A stretch of 64,000 nucleotides of DNA from an uncultured bacterium (GTDB lineage: Bacteria > Verrucomicrobiota > Lentisphaeria > Victivallales > UBA1829). Below are positions 26,279 through 35,410 of the stretch, in pieces. The notes beneath the pieces were generated by a model, which was given only the letters and a program-made list of their open reading frames with translations, was not told the DNA's origin and did not search any database. A program made the translations under genes and the position numbers. The stretch is taken from positions 72,360 to 136,359 of the forward strand of contig URKJ01000001.1 of NCBI GenBank assembly GCA_900548385.1, in the 5' to 3' direction. Position 1 is the stretch's first letter, and every line of letters starts with the position of its first letter.

Positions 26279-28363
26279 TTATGCTCCTTTGATTCTGCCG
26301 AACATATTGCCGAATTTCTTGGCGTTCAGCGATTCGGTGAACGATGATATTTTGGTGAGAGTGCTGCACGGATCCGTGGTCGGGTCCATGCAGTCCCCGT
26401 CGAGAGTGAGAAGCGGAAGACCGACATTGTCGAGCTCTTCGCGCAGGTGCTTGGCGAAACAGCTGTCGGAAAGTGAGCAGCGCCCGAAACCGTGATTGTA
26501 AAGAATGCAGCCGTTGAGCTGAGCTTTTTTCGCGGTTTCCAGAATGTAATGGACCCGGAGTTTCGGATCAAGATAACCGACTGTCAGCAGTTTGCGTGCG
26601 AGCGAGCGGTAAGGATCGGCGGGGTCCAGCCTGTCCCAGTCCACAAAGTTCACTTCTTCAAAAACGATCGGCGCGTTGCAGACCGTTTCGATATAATCGA
26701 GCACTTTTGTGTCGTAGAACGGCGGGAGGTGCAGCCAGAGCAGGCGGTGCGTATCTTCGATCCTGTAATGTTTTTCCGCCCATTCCTTTTTCCGGCAGAG
26801 TTCGTCATGGAACTGCTTCTGGATGTCGATCAGTTCCTGACGTCCCCAGAGCTGGGAGAAGAGAACGGCACTGTAAACGCCTTCGGCTCCGCGGATCAGC
26901 GGGGGACTCGTCCAGCGCAGTTCGTTGCAGCGTTTTGAAAGCTCCGCCGCCTGATTGGAGAGTTCGCAGGCTTCCGCGAGGCGCGCCGGATCCATTTTCA
27001 TGCCGAGCGCTTTTTCCATCAGATAGACCGCTTCCTGAAGTCCCTCGGCGATCTGATCGACGGAATAGGGATCGTCCGCGTTGATCGGCGTGTGAAGAGA
27101 GTAGAAACGGTCGGTGAAATTGTATTGGCGGGCGAGGTCCTGAAAGATCCGTTCCCCCTGCTGGCACGGCTGGGAGGTGGAAACTCCGAATGCGGGCTGC
27201 GGGAGCTCGGTGCCTTCCTGGACGCGCAGGAAGGAACAGGTTTCGCCGGCGAATCCCTTGTAGGCGGCGATGTCGAGTGCTTTTTTGGTGCGTTTGTAGT
27301 TCCGGGCAAAGAGTGCGGCGTAGGTTTCCAGAGTCAGCATCTTGACGCCGAGAGCATTGAGGATCTCGGTCGGAAAGAAGAGGTTCCGCCAGACCATCGG
27401 GCCGCCTTTGCTCTTGGAGAAGAATTCCCGCCGCGTGTTGTTGGCGCGCATGGAAACCGATTTCATCGGCGTTGGCTCGTACTGGACTCTGTCCATGCTG
27501 AGCGAACCTTTGAGCTGGGTATATTTCCGTGCGAGACAGGCGGCTCCGAGTGCCCCCATCACCTGATGAAATTCGGGAATGATGATGTTGTTGCCGGTGA
27601 TTTCTTTCAGATAATAGGCGACCGCCCGGTTGGAGGCGACACCGCCCTGAAACACGATGTCGCCTTTGTAATTGAAGAGCAGCTGACCGACGCCGGAAAT
27701 GATGGTCCGTGCCTGTGCGCGGCATGCGCCGCCGATGACCTGTCCGAGCGGCATACGGTTTTTGAACTTGTTGATGGAAGTCGCGCTGAGAACGGCGCAG
27801 ACCGAGGAAAATTCGAGATCGGTGTCATAATTGACCTTGTCCGCCATCTCTTCGACGGGAATTCCGAGTTTGAGAGCGACACTGTCGAGGAACGCGCCCG
27901 TTCCGGCGGCGCAGATGCCGCTCATCTTCGAGGTCCACATTCCCATCTTTTCGTTGTAGATCATCGCTTTGCTGTCTTGACCGCCGACGTCGAGGATCGC
28001 TTTGACATGCGGATGATAGTGCAGGGCTCCGGCGACGTGGGCGGAGACTTCGCTGACCTGGAAATCGTAATTGATGAAGCGTTTCATGCCTTCGACGATC
28101 TGGCTTCCGGTGACGACGGTGCAGTGAATGTCCTCCGGTTTCATCCCGGCGTCGGCGAGAAACGAAAGCACGGTTTTCTTGAGCGCTCCGAGATTGCAGT
28201 TGCCGCATTCCGAACACTTGCTGGAACAGGTGACGCGGCCGGATTCGACCGGCTTCGTGCGCTGATAGGTCACATGTTCGACTTTTCCGTCTTCTGTCAT
28301 GATGACGGCTTTGAACGTGGTGGAACCGATGTCGATTCCCAGATAACGGTTTTGGTTTGCCAT
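26279..28363 (-). CDS. Fusion protein: BcrAD/BadFG-type ATPase (2-hydroxyacyl-CoA dehydratase activase-like) plus 2-hydroxyacyl-CoA dehydratase (HgdA/B-like) domain
   Basis: N-terminal half: YLGIDIGSTTFKAV, DVGGQDSK, ICAAGTGAFLD, FQGGVASN (ASKHA activase motifs). C-terminal ~380 aa are Cys-containing and dehydratase-component-like. An extra CSSKCSECGNC insert is present. Confidence 0.8.
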   Translation of the reverse strand: MANQNRYLGIDIGSTTFKAVIMTEDGKVEHVTYQRTKPVESGRVTCSSKCSECGNCNLGALKKTVLSFLADAGMKPEDIHCTVVTGSQIVEGMKRFINYDFQVSEVSAHVAGALHYHPHVKAILDVGGQDSKAMIYNEKMGMWTSKMSGICAAGTGAFLDSVALKLGIPVEEMADKVNYDTDLEFSSVCAVLSATSINKFKNRMPLGQVIGGACRAQARTIISGVGQLLFNYKGDIVFQGGVASNRAVAYYLKEITGNNIIIPEFHQVMGALGAACLARKYTQLKGSLSMDRVQYEPTPMKSVSMRANNTRREFFSKSKGGPMVWRNLFFPTEILNALGVKMLTLETYAALFARNYKRTKKALDIAAYKGFAGETCSFLRVQEGTELPQPAFGVSTSQPCQQGERIFQDLARQYNFTDRFYSLHTPINADDPYSVDQIAEGLQEAVYLMEKALGMKMDPARLAEACELSNQAAELSKRCNELRWTSPPLIRGAEGVYSAVLFSQLWGRQELIDIQKQFHDELCRKKEWAEKHYRIEDTHRLLWLHLPPFYDTKVLDYIETVCNAPIVFEEVNFVDWDRLDPADPYRSLARKLLTVGYLDPKLRVHYILETAKKAQLNGCILYNHGFGRCSLSDSCFAKHLREELDNVGLPLLTLDGDCMDPTTDPCSTLTKISSFTESLNAKKFGNMFGRIKGA

Positions 28364-28455
28364 AGTGCTTATATCCTGCTGTAAAAACGATAAAACTCTT
28401 TCATTTTAAGAATATATCTCAAAAAGATTTTTTTTCAACCTGTTTTCCAAAATAT

Positions 28456-29295
28456 TCAGTCCTGCGAATTTTTTATTTTTTGAAAACATTCCGCAATCGT
28501 GCGGAACTGCTCCAACGTGACGCGTTCCGCACGGATGTCTTCGGACAGCCCCGCCGCTTTATACGCCGCTTCCACGTTGTCGCGTCCGAACACGGCGGCA
28601 AGCTGTTTGATCATTTTCTTGCGGCGCTGAGAGAAACCGAGACGCACCACCTGGGAAAACAGAGTCCGGAATGCGCATGACGGCATGTCCGCCCGTTTCC
28701 GCATCCGCAGAACGCAGGAATCCACTTCCGGTTTCGGGTGGAACAGCTGCGGCGGAACCATGCGGAGCGGCGTGACTTCGTAAGCGAGCTGAGCCCGAAC
28801 CGAAAGCGCGCCGTATTCTTCCTCCCCGGCTTGCGCAGCAAGACGCATCGCGACTTCTTTCTGAAGCATGATGATCATTTCTTCCGGCGGATTTTCGACT
28901 TCCAGCAGTTTGGCGACAACCACCGTTCCCGCCGAATAGGGCAGGTTGGAGACGAGACGGAACGGCACGCCCGCTCCGTACAGCGTGCTGAAATCCACTT
29001 TGCAGGCGTCGCCCTCCACGAGACGCAGGCCTTTCGGAACGAGGACCGAGCGGAGCCATTCGCAGATGCGGTGATCGAATTCCACCGCGGTGACTTCGGC
29101 GCCGAGGTCAAGCATTCGCTGGGTCAATGCGCCGAAACCGGGACCGACTTCGACGATCTTCTCCCCTTGCGCCGCTCCGGCCTCTTTGACGATCCAGTCG
29201 AGAAAGTTTTCATCGACCAGAAAGTTCTGTCCGAGTTTGCGGCTGGGTTCGAGTCCGATGGCGGCGAGCAGGGCGGTCAGTTCGCTTTTTTTCAT
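28456..29295 (-). CDS. rsmA: 16S rRNA (adenine1518/1519-N6)-dimethyltransferase
   Basis: LGQNFLVDENFL and VEVGPGFGALT (SAM site). Start set at MKKSELT (ATG 29295), because the longer ORF-track start overlaps the upstream zinc-ribbon gene. Confidence 0.9.
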   Translation of the reverse strand: MKKSELTALLAAIGLEPSRKLGQNFLVDENFLDWIVKEAGAAQGEKIVEVGPGFGALTQRMLDLGAEVTAVEFDHRICEWLRSVLVPKGLRLVEGDACKVDFSTLYGAGVPFRLVSNLPYSAGTVVVAKLLEVENPPEEMIIMLQKEVAMRLAAQAGEEEYGALSVRAQLAYEVTPLRMVPPQLFHPKPEVDSCVLRMRKRADMPSCAFRTLFSQVVRLGFSQRRKKMIKQLAAVFGRDNVEAAYKAAGLSEDIRAERVTLEQFRTIAECFQKIKNSQD

Positions 29296-29302
29296 GGTCG
29301 CC

Positions 29303-29539
29303 TCAGTGATGATGTCCGCATCCGCCGTGTCCGCATCCGCAACCGCCGCTTTTGGCGGACGGGCAGAACGCCTGCGACGGGCATCCGCCGCTCTCTTTGA
29401 CCGCTGCCGCAAACCTGGAAAGTTTCTTTGCGGTCTCCTTTTCCCCGCATACGGGACAGGACGGTTTGGCGGAGGCGTTTGGTACCAGCTGTTCGAATTC
29501 TTTGCCGCATTTCCGGCAGACATATTCAAAGATGGGCAT
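29303..29539 (-). CDS. FmdB-family zinc-ribbon protein with Cys/Gly/His-rich tail
   Basis: MPIFEYVCRKCGKEFE...CPVCG (two CxxC pairs). C-terminus GGCGCGHGGCGHHH. Confidence 0.8.
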   Translation of the reverse strand: MPIFEYVCRKCGKEFEQLVPNASAKPSCPVCGEKETAKKLSRFAAAVKESGGCPSQAFCPSAKSGGCGCGHGGCGHHH

Positions 29540-29619
29540 GATCCGGTTTTCCTTATTCTGAATTTTTTACTGAATTTGAATACAGAAGTAATTTACACTC
29601 TCAATCCGGCTCTTACAAG

Positions 29620-30453
29620 TTACTCCGGCAAATTCTTTGCGCGGTATTGCGTTGGTGTGAGCCCCGTATATTTTTTGAAGATGCGGAAAAAGAAAAATTC
29701 GTTCTCGAATCCGGTCCGGAGCGCGATCTCCTTGATCGGATCCTGTGTACGGAGCAGAAGCATTTTCGCCTTGCTGATCCGCCGGATGGAGAGGTATTGT
29801 TTCGGGGGGACGCCCATCGCCCGGCGGAACTGGGCGGAGAATTCGGGACCGGAGAGAGAGGTCATGGCGCGCAGTTCCGCGATTTCAAGCGGCCGTTCCA
29901 GATTATTGTCGATATAGTCGGTGATATGGGAGAACCGGTCGCTGCTGAAACGCAGACCGTGCCCGTCGGCAAGTTTTTCCAGCAGAATAGTCAGAACGGA
30001 GATGACCTTATGTTTCACCTCGAAGACTTCGGAGATGGTCCGTGCAGAGGAGAATCCGCGGACGATTTCCCGGAAGAGCGGACGGAGCGTTCCGGTGGCG
30101 ACCGGCAGGCGGAACGGCTCGCCGAGTCCCTGGATATGTCCCAGTTCATCGGAAAAAAAGTGTATCCAGTAATGGGTGGATGGGGTAATGCTCCGGACGA
30201 GGAAAGGTGCATAGGGCGGGATCAGATAAAGATTGTCCGGGACGATCGCGTATTCCTCGTAAGTGTATTGCAGGCGGAAATCGCCTTTGACGGGCAGGTA
30301 AATGCGCCAGAACGGGTCCCCGACCGCCTGAACGTGTTCCGGCCATTCCGTGATTTCGGTGCTGAATCCGGAGATCAGCAGCTCAAGATCAAGCCTGCTG
30401 ATAAAACCGAGATACGGATGCCGGATGCGGTGATAATAATGGTGTCGTGACAT
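29620..30453 (-). CDS. AraC family transcriptional regulator
   Basis: C-terminal double HTH (FSAQFRRAMGVPPKQYLSIRRISKAKMLLLRTQDPIKEIALRTGFENEFFFFRIFKKYTGLTPTQYR). Cupin-like N-terminal sensor domain. GGAG RBS. Confidence 0.87.
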   Translation of the reverse strand: MSRHHYYHRIRHPYLGFISRLDLELLISGFSTEITEWPEHVQAVGDPFWRIYLPVKGDFRLQYTYEEYAIVPDNLYLIPPYAPFLVRSITPSTHYWIHFFSDELGHIQGLGEPFRLPVATGTLRPLFREIVRGFSSARTISEVFEVKHKVISVLTILLEKLADGHGLRFSSDRFSHITDYIDNNLERPLEIAELRAMTSLSGPEFSAQFRRAMGVPPKQYLSIRRISKAKMLLLRTQDPIKEIALRTGFENEFFFFRIFKKYTGLTPTQYRAKNLPE

Positions 30454-30507
30454 GAAAAAATCTCCGTTTTCTGAAAAAAAGTATATAATATTATTACAAT
30501 AACTGCA

Positions 30508-30536
30508 TTTACAAAAAGATGCAAATGATGTATAAT
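30508..30536 (+). promoter_or_regulatory. Sigma70-type promoter of H-X9-DG/CAZyme cassette 1
   Basis: TTTACA (30508-30513), 17-nt spacer, TATAAT (30531-30536), 39 nt upstream of ATG 30576. Confidence 0.6.
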
Positions 30537-30575
30537 GAATGCAATGTTAATTTTAAACAAAAAATGGAGGTTTGT

Positions 30576-31316
30576 ATGATCAAATGTCGGTTTACCATTC
30601 TGGAGCTCCTCGTCGTAATCGCCGTGATTTCCATTCTGGCGGCTCTGCTGCTGCCCGCTTTGAATTCGGCGCGGGAAACGGCGAGGGGGGCGCGATGCCT
30701 CAGCAACATCAAACAGGTCAATACCGCTCTGACTGCGTACACGGTTGATTTTACGTTTTATCCATGGCCGTTCCGGACTGCGGAGAATATCGGTATGGAA
30801 CAGCGGATCATCGAGGCCGGGTATATGAAACCGCTTCGCCGGGGAGCTCAGACCTACAAGGACCGTTTTGAGGTGCAGTGCGATTCCCTCCGGGATCTTG
30901 TCTGCGCGGAAGGTTCCACCTATCCCGTGAGTTCCTATATTCCGAATTACAGCAACACTTACGGAGGTGTGCTGACTGCCGGAAGTCATGGCATTACCGG
31001 AGACGAGGAGTATCCGGAACTGACACTTGCCAGACCGGAAAAGGTGAAAGCCCCGTCGCGGAAAGTCGTATTTGCGGAACGGAAAAATTCCGGCGGACAT
31101 CTTCATTATATTATGGATTGCCGGAATCTTTATGATCCATCCCATACGGGAAGCGAGGAAAGACTCGGTCCCGTCCACCGGCAGAATGCGTCGTTTGCTT
31201 TCGCTGACGGTCATGCCGCATCCTGGAACGTCGTTACGCAGTTGAGTCATGGCGGAGACGTGTACGGTTACGGACTCCGTCTGTGGAAAAAATATTTCAA
31301 CATCTCGGAACCTTGA
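30576..31316 (+). CDS. Prepilin-type N-terminal domain protein of the H-X9-DG family (DUF1559-like pseudopilin)
   Basis: [35 protein letters not shown]-terminus. C-terminal [12 protein letters not shown] (H-X9-DG). GGAGG RBS before ATG 30576. Confidence 0.87.
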   Translation: MIKCRFTILELLVVIAVISILAALLLPALNSARETARGARCLSNIKQVNTALTAYTVDFTFYPWPFRTAENIGMEQRIIEAGYMKPLRRGAQTYKDRFEVQCDSLRDLVCAEGSTYPVSSYIPNYSNTYGGVLTAGSHGITGDEEYPELTLARPEKVKAPSRKVVFAERKNSGGHLHYIMDCRNLYDPSHTGSEERLGPVHRQNASFAFADGHAASWNVVTQLSHGGDVYGYGLRLWKKYFNISEP

Positions 31317-31335
31317 TAACCGGAAGGAAAATGAA

Positions 31336-34300
31336 ATGATGAATTGCCGTTATTGGATCTTTGCCGGAAGTATTGCCGCCGCTCTGCTGTCCGCCGCGGA
31401 AAAACTGCCGGTTCCTGCTGGGAAAGCCGGACTGCCGGAAACGGTCTCCGCCGGAAAAGCGGAAGTGTTGAACCCTGAAATCCGGGGGACGTCACTGGTT
31501 GCCGGAACAAAACAGCTTCAGCTGCTGAACAATTTTCAGATCGGGATCAGCGACAGCGGGATTCCGATTGCAAATTCCGGTCCCGTCTGTCTGGTGAAAG
31601 AGCTTGACAGCGGGAAAGAGCACTGGCTCGGACTCCGGGCGCAGCCGGGGATGTTTACCGTCAAACGGGAGGGAAACCGCTTTCTTTATATACAGCGGGC
31701 GAAGCTCGAAAATGACACATGGGAACTGGCACGTCAGGAAACGGAGTTTCTGCCGGACGGCCTTGTCCGGGTGACTTTCCGCTGGAATCCGCCCGATCCG
31801 GCGAAATATTCGTTCCGCAGTTTCGGATTCTTTCTGGATATTCCGTATTCCGCCGGTTCCGGGAAAAAGGTCGTCTGCGACGGAAAGGCGTACACGCTTC
31901 CCGGAAAGGCGGTCAACAGCGTTCTGCACGCAGGAGGGACCAAAGCGCACCGTCTGGAGTTTTTTCCGGACGAACCCGCACGCTGTTTCACCGTTTTCAC
32001 AAAGGAAAAGGAGTCGAACGGCATTTCCTGCTACGCCGTTAAAAATGCGATTTCGTTCCGTTTGCAGGAGAGCGGAGACAGCCGGGAACTGACGTTTTAT
32101 CTCGACATCCGCCGCGGCGTGCGCGCTTCCCGTTCGGAGTCCCTGCGCGGCGGAGTGGATTTCCGCGCGGTGGAGAATCTGACGATGCCCGATGATTCCA
32201 GCCGCAATCTCATCGTGAATCCCTCGTTCGAGCAGGGAATGACGGGGTATCACCTTTTTCGGCATTCCGGCTACAACTACTCCAGGGAAAAGTGGGAAAC
32301 GGAACTCTATGCGCTGGATGACCGCGTGAGCCGGTTCGGCGGAACGTCTCTGCGCATGACCACGTTTTTCGCACAGAAAAAAGGGGACGATTACCGGAAT
32401 CTGAGCTCTTCCGGCAATCTTTCCACACACCATACCGCCGTGGCTCCGGGCGTCTATACCCTGAGCTTTTACATCAAGGGGACGCATCCCGGCGAACAGA
32501 CGTTCAACGCATGGGTTTCCCCCTACAACTACGGGCCGTACAATCATTGGCTTGCGGTGAAAGGCGGCGTTGTGAGCGTTCCCGTGACGACGGAGTGGAC
32601 GCGTCACACCGCGACATTCCGGATCGATTCCATGATGCCGTTGAACGTGCGCTTCAACGCGGTCGGCTCCCGGCGGCGCGGATTCGTCTGGGTCGACGGC
32701 ATTCAGGTGGAGAAAGGGGATCGGGCGACCGCGTTTGACGTGAAGCCCGTCGAAGCGCGCCTTGTGACTTCAGATCCGGAAAACTTCCTCTCCGCCAAAG
32801 CCCGGATCGGTGCGAAACTGAAACTGACGGTTCCGCCGGATGCGTCGGGAAAAGGTGTGACGACGATCCGCAACTTTTACGGAGAAACCGTGTTCCGGCA
32901 GGATTTCCGGTTCCGTGCCGACCGTTCGGGCAGGGCGGAGGTCGCGCTGGATCTGGACCGGAATCATCCCGGCAAGGGTATTCTCATGCTCCGCACCGAT
33001 TACGAACTTGCGGACGGACGCAAATGTTACGATCTGCACCGTCTGACGATTCTTGATTTTCTTGAAAACAAACATCCGCACCGTTTTCTGTTCAGTGACA
33101 ATTACGGCGATCTTTACGAGAATCCGTTGCTGTACCGGATTCTGGAGCGTTGGAAAAAGGTCGGATTCGGTGCGAAAGCGCAGATATTCACGCCCGATCC
33201 GCTGATTCATGACACGTTTGCGAAATTCGGGATTCCCATTACCGAAGTGATCCTTGTCCGCAAACTGTGGAACAGTCCCGACGGGCGTGCGCACTGGGGC
33301 GTTTCCTCCCGTTTTCAGATGCGGGACCGTCTGACTCCCGACGATCCGTCGCTGCTGTTCCGGGATTTTTTTCTGGATGCCGGCGGCGAGGTCACGCCGG
33401 AGTATCTGGCAAAGGTGCGCAATGCCTGCCGGAAGATCGCGGAACGTTATCCGAAGATCATCCGCTGGCAGTTCTCCAATGAAATGGGTGCCGGATTCCC
33501 GCGCGAATGGTGGTCGCGGGAGGGATCGGCGGAGAAACGCGCCGAACGGTTCGCTCTGATCGTGAAAGCGTTTGCCGACGGTATCCGCGCCGGAAATCCG
33601 GCGGCGCAGGTCAGCGCGGACTGCCCATGGAACATGAACCCCGATGGCGGCATTGCCGAAACGGAAGCCCTGCTGAAAGCCGCAAACCGGATCGGGCTCC
33701 GTCTGGACCGTCTGGCGACGCACACTTACCGTGCCACGCCGGAAAGTCCGGATCTGGATGCGGATACCGCGCTTTATCTGAAACGCGCGGCGGAAGCCGG
33801 GTATACGAAAGAACCGCTGTTCTGGAGCGAGATGATGCACTGGGGACCCTATACCGTTCCTGCGTGGGGAGTCGTCTCGGCAGACTGGATGGGGACCCCG
33901 AAGACGTGGTACGGCGGCCCCGTCAGTTACGATATGGGATGGAATGAAAAAGTTTCCGCCGCATGGCGCGCCCGTTCGTGGCTTGTGGGACTCAAATATT
34001 CCGATCGCGTGAAAACCGCCTGTTCCAGTTCGGATATGAACAATTTCATCATGGATCTGGACCTGACGCCGTTTGCATCGCAGGTGATACCGAACACGCT
34101 TGGAAACCTACTTGGCGATTCGACGTTCCGGAAAGACATCCGCTTTGCCGCATATATCCGCGCCTATGTGTTTGAGGATGCGCAGAAACGTCCGGTGGCG
34201 GCGGTATGGTGTCATCTGCCGGAACTTGACGAAGGACGGCAGGACGCTCCGGTCGCGGAGGCGGATTTCGGGTCCGCGCTGGAGTCCGTGATTGATCTGA

Positions 34301-35361
34301 TGAACAATGAACGCGCGTTTGCGCCGGGCAGACTCCGTTTTCCCGTCACGCCGTTCCCGCTGTTCTTCCGGGGAAAGCCGGGAACGCTCGATGCTGTGAT
34401 CCGTGCGTTGGAAAATGCGGTGATCGTGGCGGGAAAAGGCGTTTCGCGTCTTCAGGTTTCGGCGAATCCTTCCACGCCGGAGACGGTGACGCTGAATATG
34501 AAAAATCTGCTCTCGTCCGCGTTCACCGGAACGGCGGGGGAAAAACCGTTTACCGTTCCCGGATCGCAGTCAGCGTCGGTGACGCTGCCGCTGCCGGAAA
34601 AGTTGTCGTACAGCCGGATCGCGGAGGAGAAACTTCCGCTTGTCATCAAGGGGACGGCGTCAAACGAACGGATGACGGTCGATCTTTCGTTCCGCGGGAT
34701 TCTCTGCAGACGGGTCGGGGACGATGTGACGCCGGCGGACATCCGCTGGGATTCGCTTCCCGCCGTCCGTCTGGCGCCTGCCGCGAACATGCCGGAGCTG
34801 ACCGGAGGCGTTTACCGGATGGCGTGGAATTCCAAAGGGCTCTTTCTGCGCGTCGAAGTCCGGGACCCGGTGTTTTCCCATATTGAGTTTCCGAAACCGG
34901 CGGCCCGCTGGGCGAACGATTCGCTGCAGCTCTACTTTGATACATACGCCGATGCCCGCGCGCGTCAGACGCGCGGTTCCGATGACAACGATTATGAGTA
35001 TATGCTGTTTCCGGATTCCGCCGGAATCTCCTGTTCGGTCTACCGCGCCCGGATGGTGGACTGGCAGCTCGGACTCGGCACCTCGCAGGCGAAAGCCGGC
35101 ACGTTTGCCGCTGATATTCCGTCCACGTTCCGGCGGTCCGCCAACGGCTATGTGTATGACGTTTTCTTCCCGGCGAAAGATCTGCTCCCGGTGCAGTTCC
35201 GGAAAGGGTATGTATTCGGATTCGGCATTTATCTGAACAATGCTGATGATCCGGCGGAGAAAAGTCATAAACGCCGCATCTCCGCTCTGACCAATGCCGC
35301 GGGAGGCGGAACCTGTTACAACGCTCCGCATCTCTGGCCGGCGGTTCTGCTGTGGGAATAA
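31336..35361 (+). CDS. Secreted multi-domain CAZyme-like protein (1341 aa): CBM-like jelly roll, TIM-barrel glycoside-hydrolase-like region, C-terminal CBM9-like module
   Basis: Signal peptide MMNCRYWIFAGSIAAALLSAAE. NLIVNPSFEQG...GFVWVDGIQVEKG (CBM4_9-like boundaries). WQFSNEMG (clan GH-A style Asn-Glu). C-terminus NDSLQLYFD...GFGIYLNNADD resembles CBM9/DOMON-like modules. Confidence 0.8.
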   Translation: MMNCRYWIFAGSIAAALLSAAEKLPVPAGKAGLPETVSAGKAEVLNPEIRGTSLVAGTKQLQLLNNFQIGISDSGIPIANSGPVCLVKELDSGKEHWLGLRAQPGMFTVKREGNRFLYIQRAKLENDTWELARQETEFLPDGLVRVTFRWNPPDPAKYSFRSFGFFLDIPYSAGSGKKVVCDGKAYTLPGKAVNSVLHAGGTKAHRLEFFPDEPARCFTVFTKEKESNGISCYAVKNAISFRLQESGDSRELTFYLDIRRGVRASRSESLRGGVDFRAVENLTMPDDSSRNLIVNPSFEQGMTGYHLFRHSGYNYSREKWETELYALDDRVSRFGGTSLRMTTFFAQKKGDDYRNLSSSGNLSTHHTAVAPGVYTLSFYIKGTHPGEQTFNAWVSPYNYGPYNHWLAVKGGVVSVPVTTEWTRHTATFRIDSMMPLNVRFNAVGSRRRGFVWVDGIQVEKGDRATAFDVKPVEARLVTSDPENFLSAKARIGAKLKLTVPPDASGKGVTTIRNFYGETVFRQDFRFRADRSGRAEVALDLDRNHPGKGILMLRTDYELADGRKCYDLHRLTILDFLENKHPHRFLFSDNYGDLYENPLLYRILERWKKVGFGAKAQIFTPDPLIHDTFAKFGIPITEVILVRKLWNSPDGRAHWGVSSRFQMRDRLTPDDPSLLFRDFFLDAGGEVTPEYLAKVRNACRKIAERYPKIIRWQFSNEMGAGFPREWWSREGSAEKRAERFALIVKAFADGIRAGNPAAQVSADCPWNMNPDGGIAETEALLKAANRIGLRLDRLATHTYRATPESPDLDADTALYLKRAAEAGYTKEPLFWSEMMHWGPYTVPAWGVVSADWMGTPKTWYGGPVSYDMGWNEKVSAAWRARSWLVGLKYSDRVKTACSSSDMNNFIMDLDLTPFASQVIPNTLGNLLGDSTFRKDIRFAAYIRAYVFEDAQKRPVAAVWCHLPELDEGRQDAPVAEADFGSALESVIDLMNNERAFAPGRLRFPVTPFPLFFRGKPGTLDAVIRALENAVIVAGKGVSRLQVSANPSTPETVTLNMKNLLSSAFTGTAGEKPFTVPGSQSASVTLPLPEKLSYSRIAEEKLPLVIKGTASNERMTVDLSFRGILCRRVGDDVTPADIRWDSLPAVRLAPAANMPELTGGVYRMAWNSKGLFLRVEVRDPVFSHIEFPKPAARWANDSLQLYFDTYADARARQTRGSDDNDYEYMLFPDSAGISCSVYRARMVDWQLGLGTSQAKAGTFAADIPSTFRRSANGYVYDVFFPAKDLLPVQFRKGYVFGFGIYLNNADDPAEKSHKRRISALTNAAGGGTCYNAPHLWPAVLLWE

Positions 35362-35410
35362 GAAGAACGGGAAGTGCGCCGCTCCGTTGGGAAACGGCGC
35401 GCTTTCCGTA

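Noticed and set aside
29246-29256. GGTTCGAGTCC, a T-arm-like tRNA signature.
   Set aside because: It is embedded in the rsmA coding sequence, and no acceptor or anticodon stem can be built around it. No tRNA genes were found in any intergenic region.
28456-29529. Long form of the rsmA ORF (357 aa) extending upstream over the zinc-ribbon gene.
   Set aside because: The N-terminal 78 aa are Arg/Ala/Pro-rich, with no homology features, and they overlap the well-formed FmdB-type zinc-ribbon ORF (29303..29539). The internal ATG 29295 gives a normal-length RsmA starting MKKSELT.
30454-30575. Possibility of an IS element, integrase or other mobile-element boundary around the CAZyme cassettes (AT-rich intergenic stretches at 30454-30575, 48970-49148 and 52182-52342).
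   Set aside because: No transposase, integrase or recombinase ORFs, no terminal inverted repeats flanking the cassettes, and no tRNA attachment sites. The AT-rich stretches are explained by divergent promoters.
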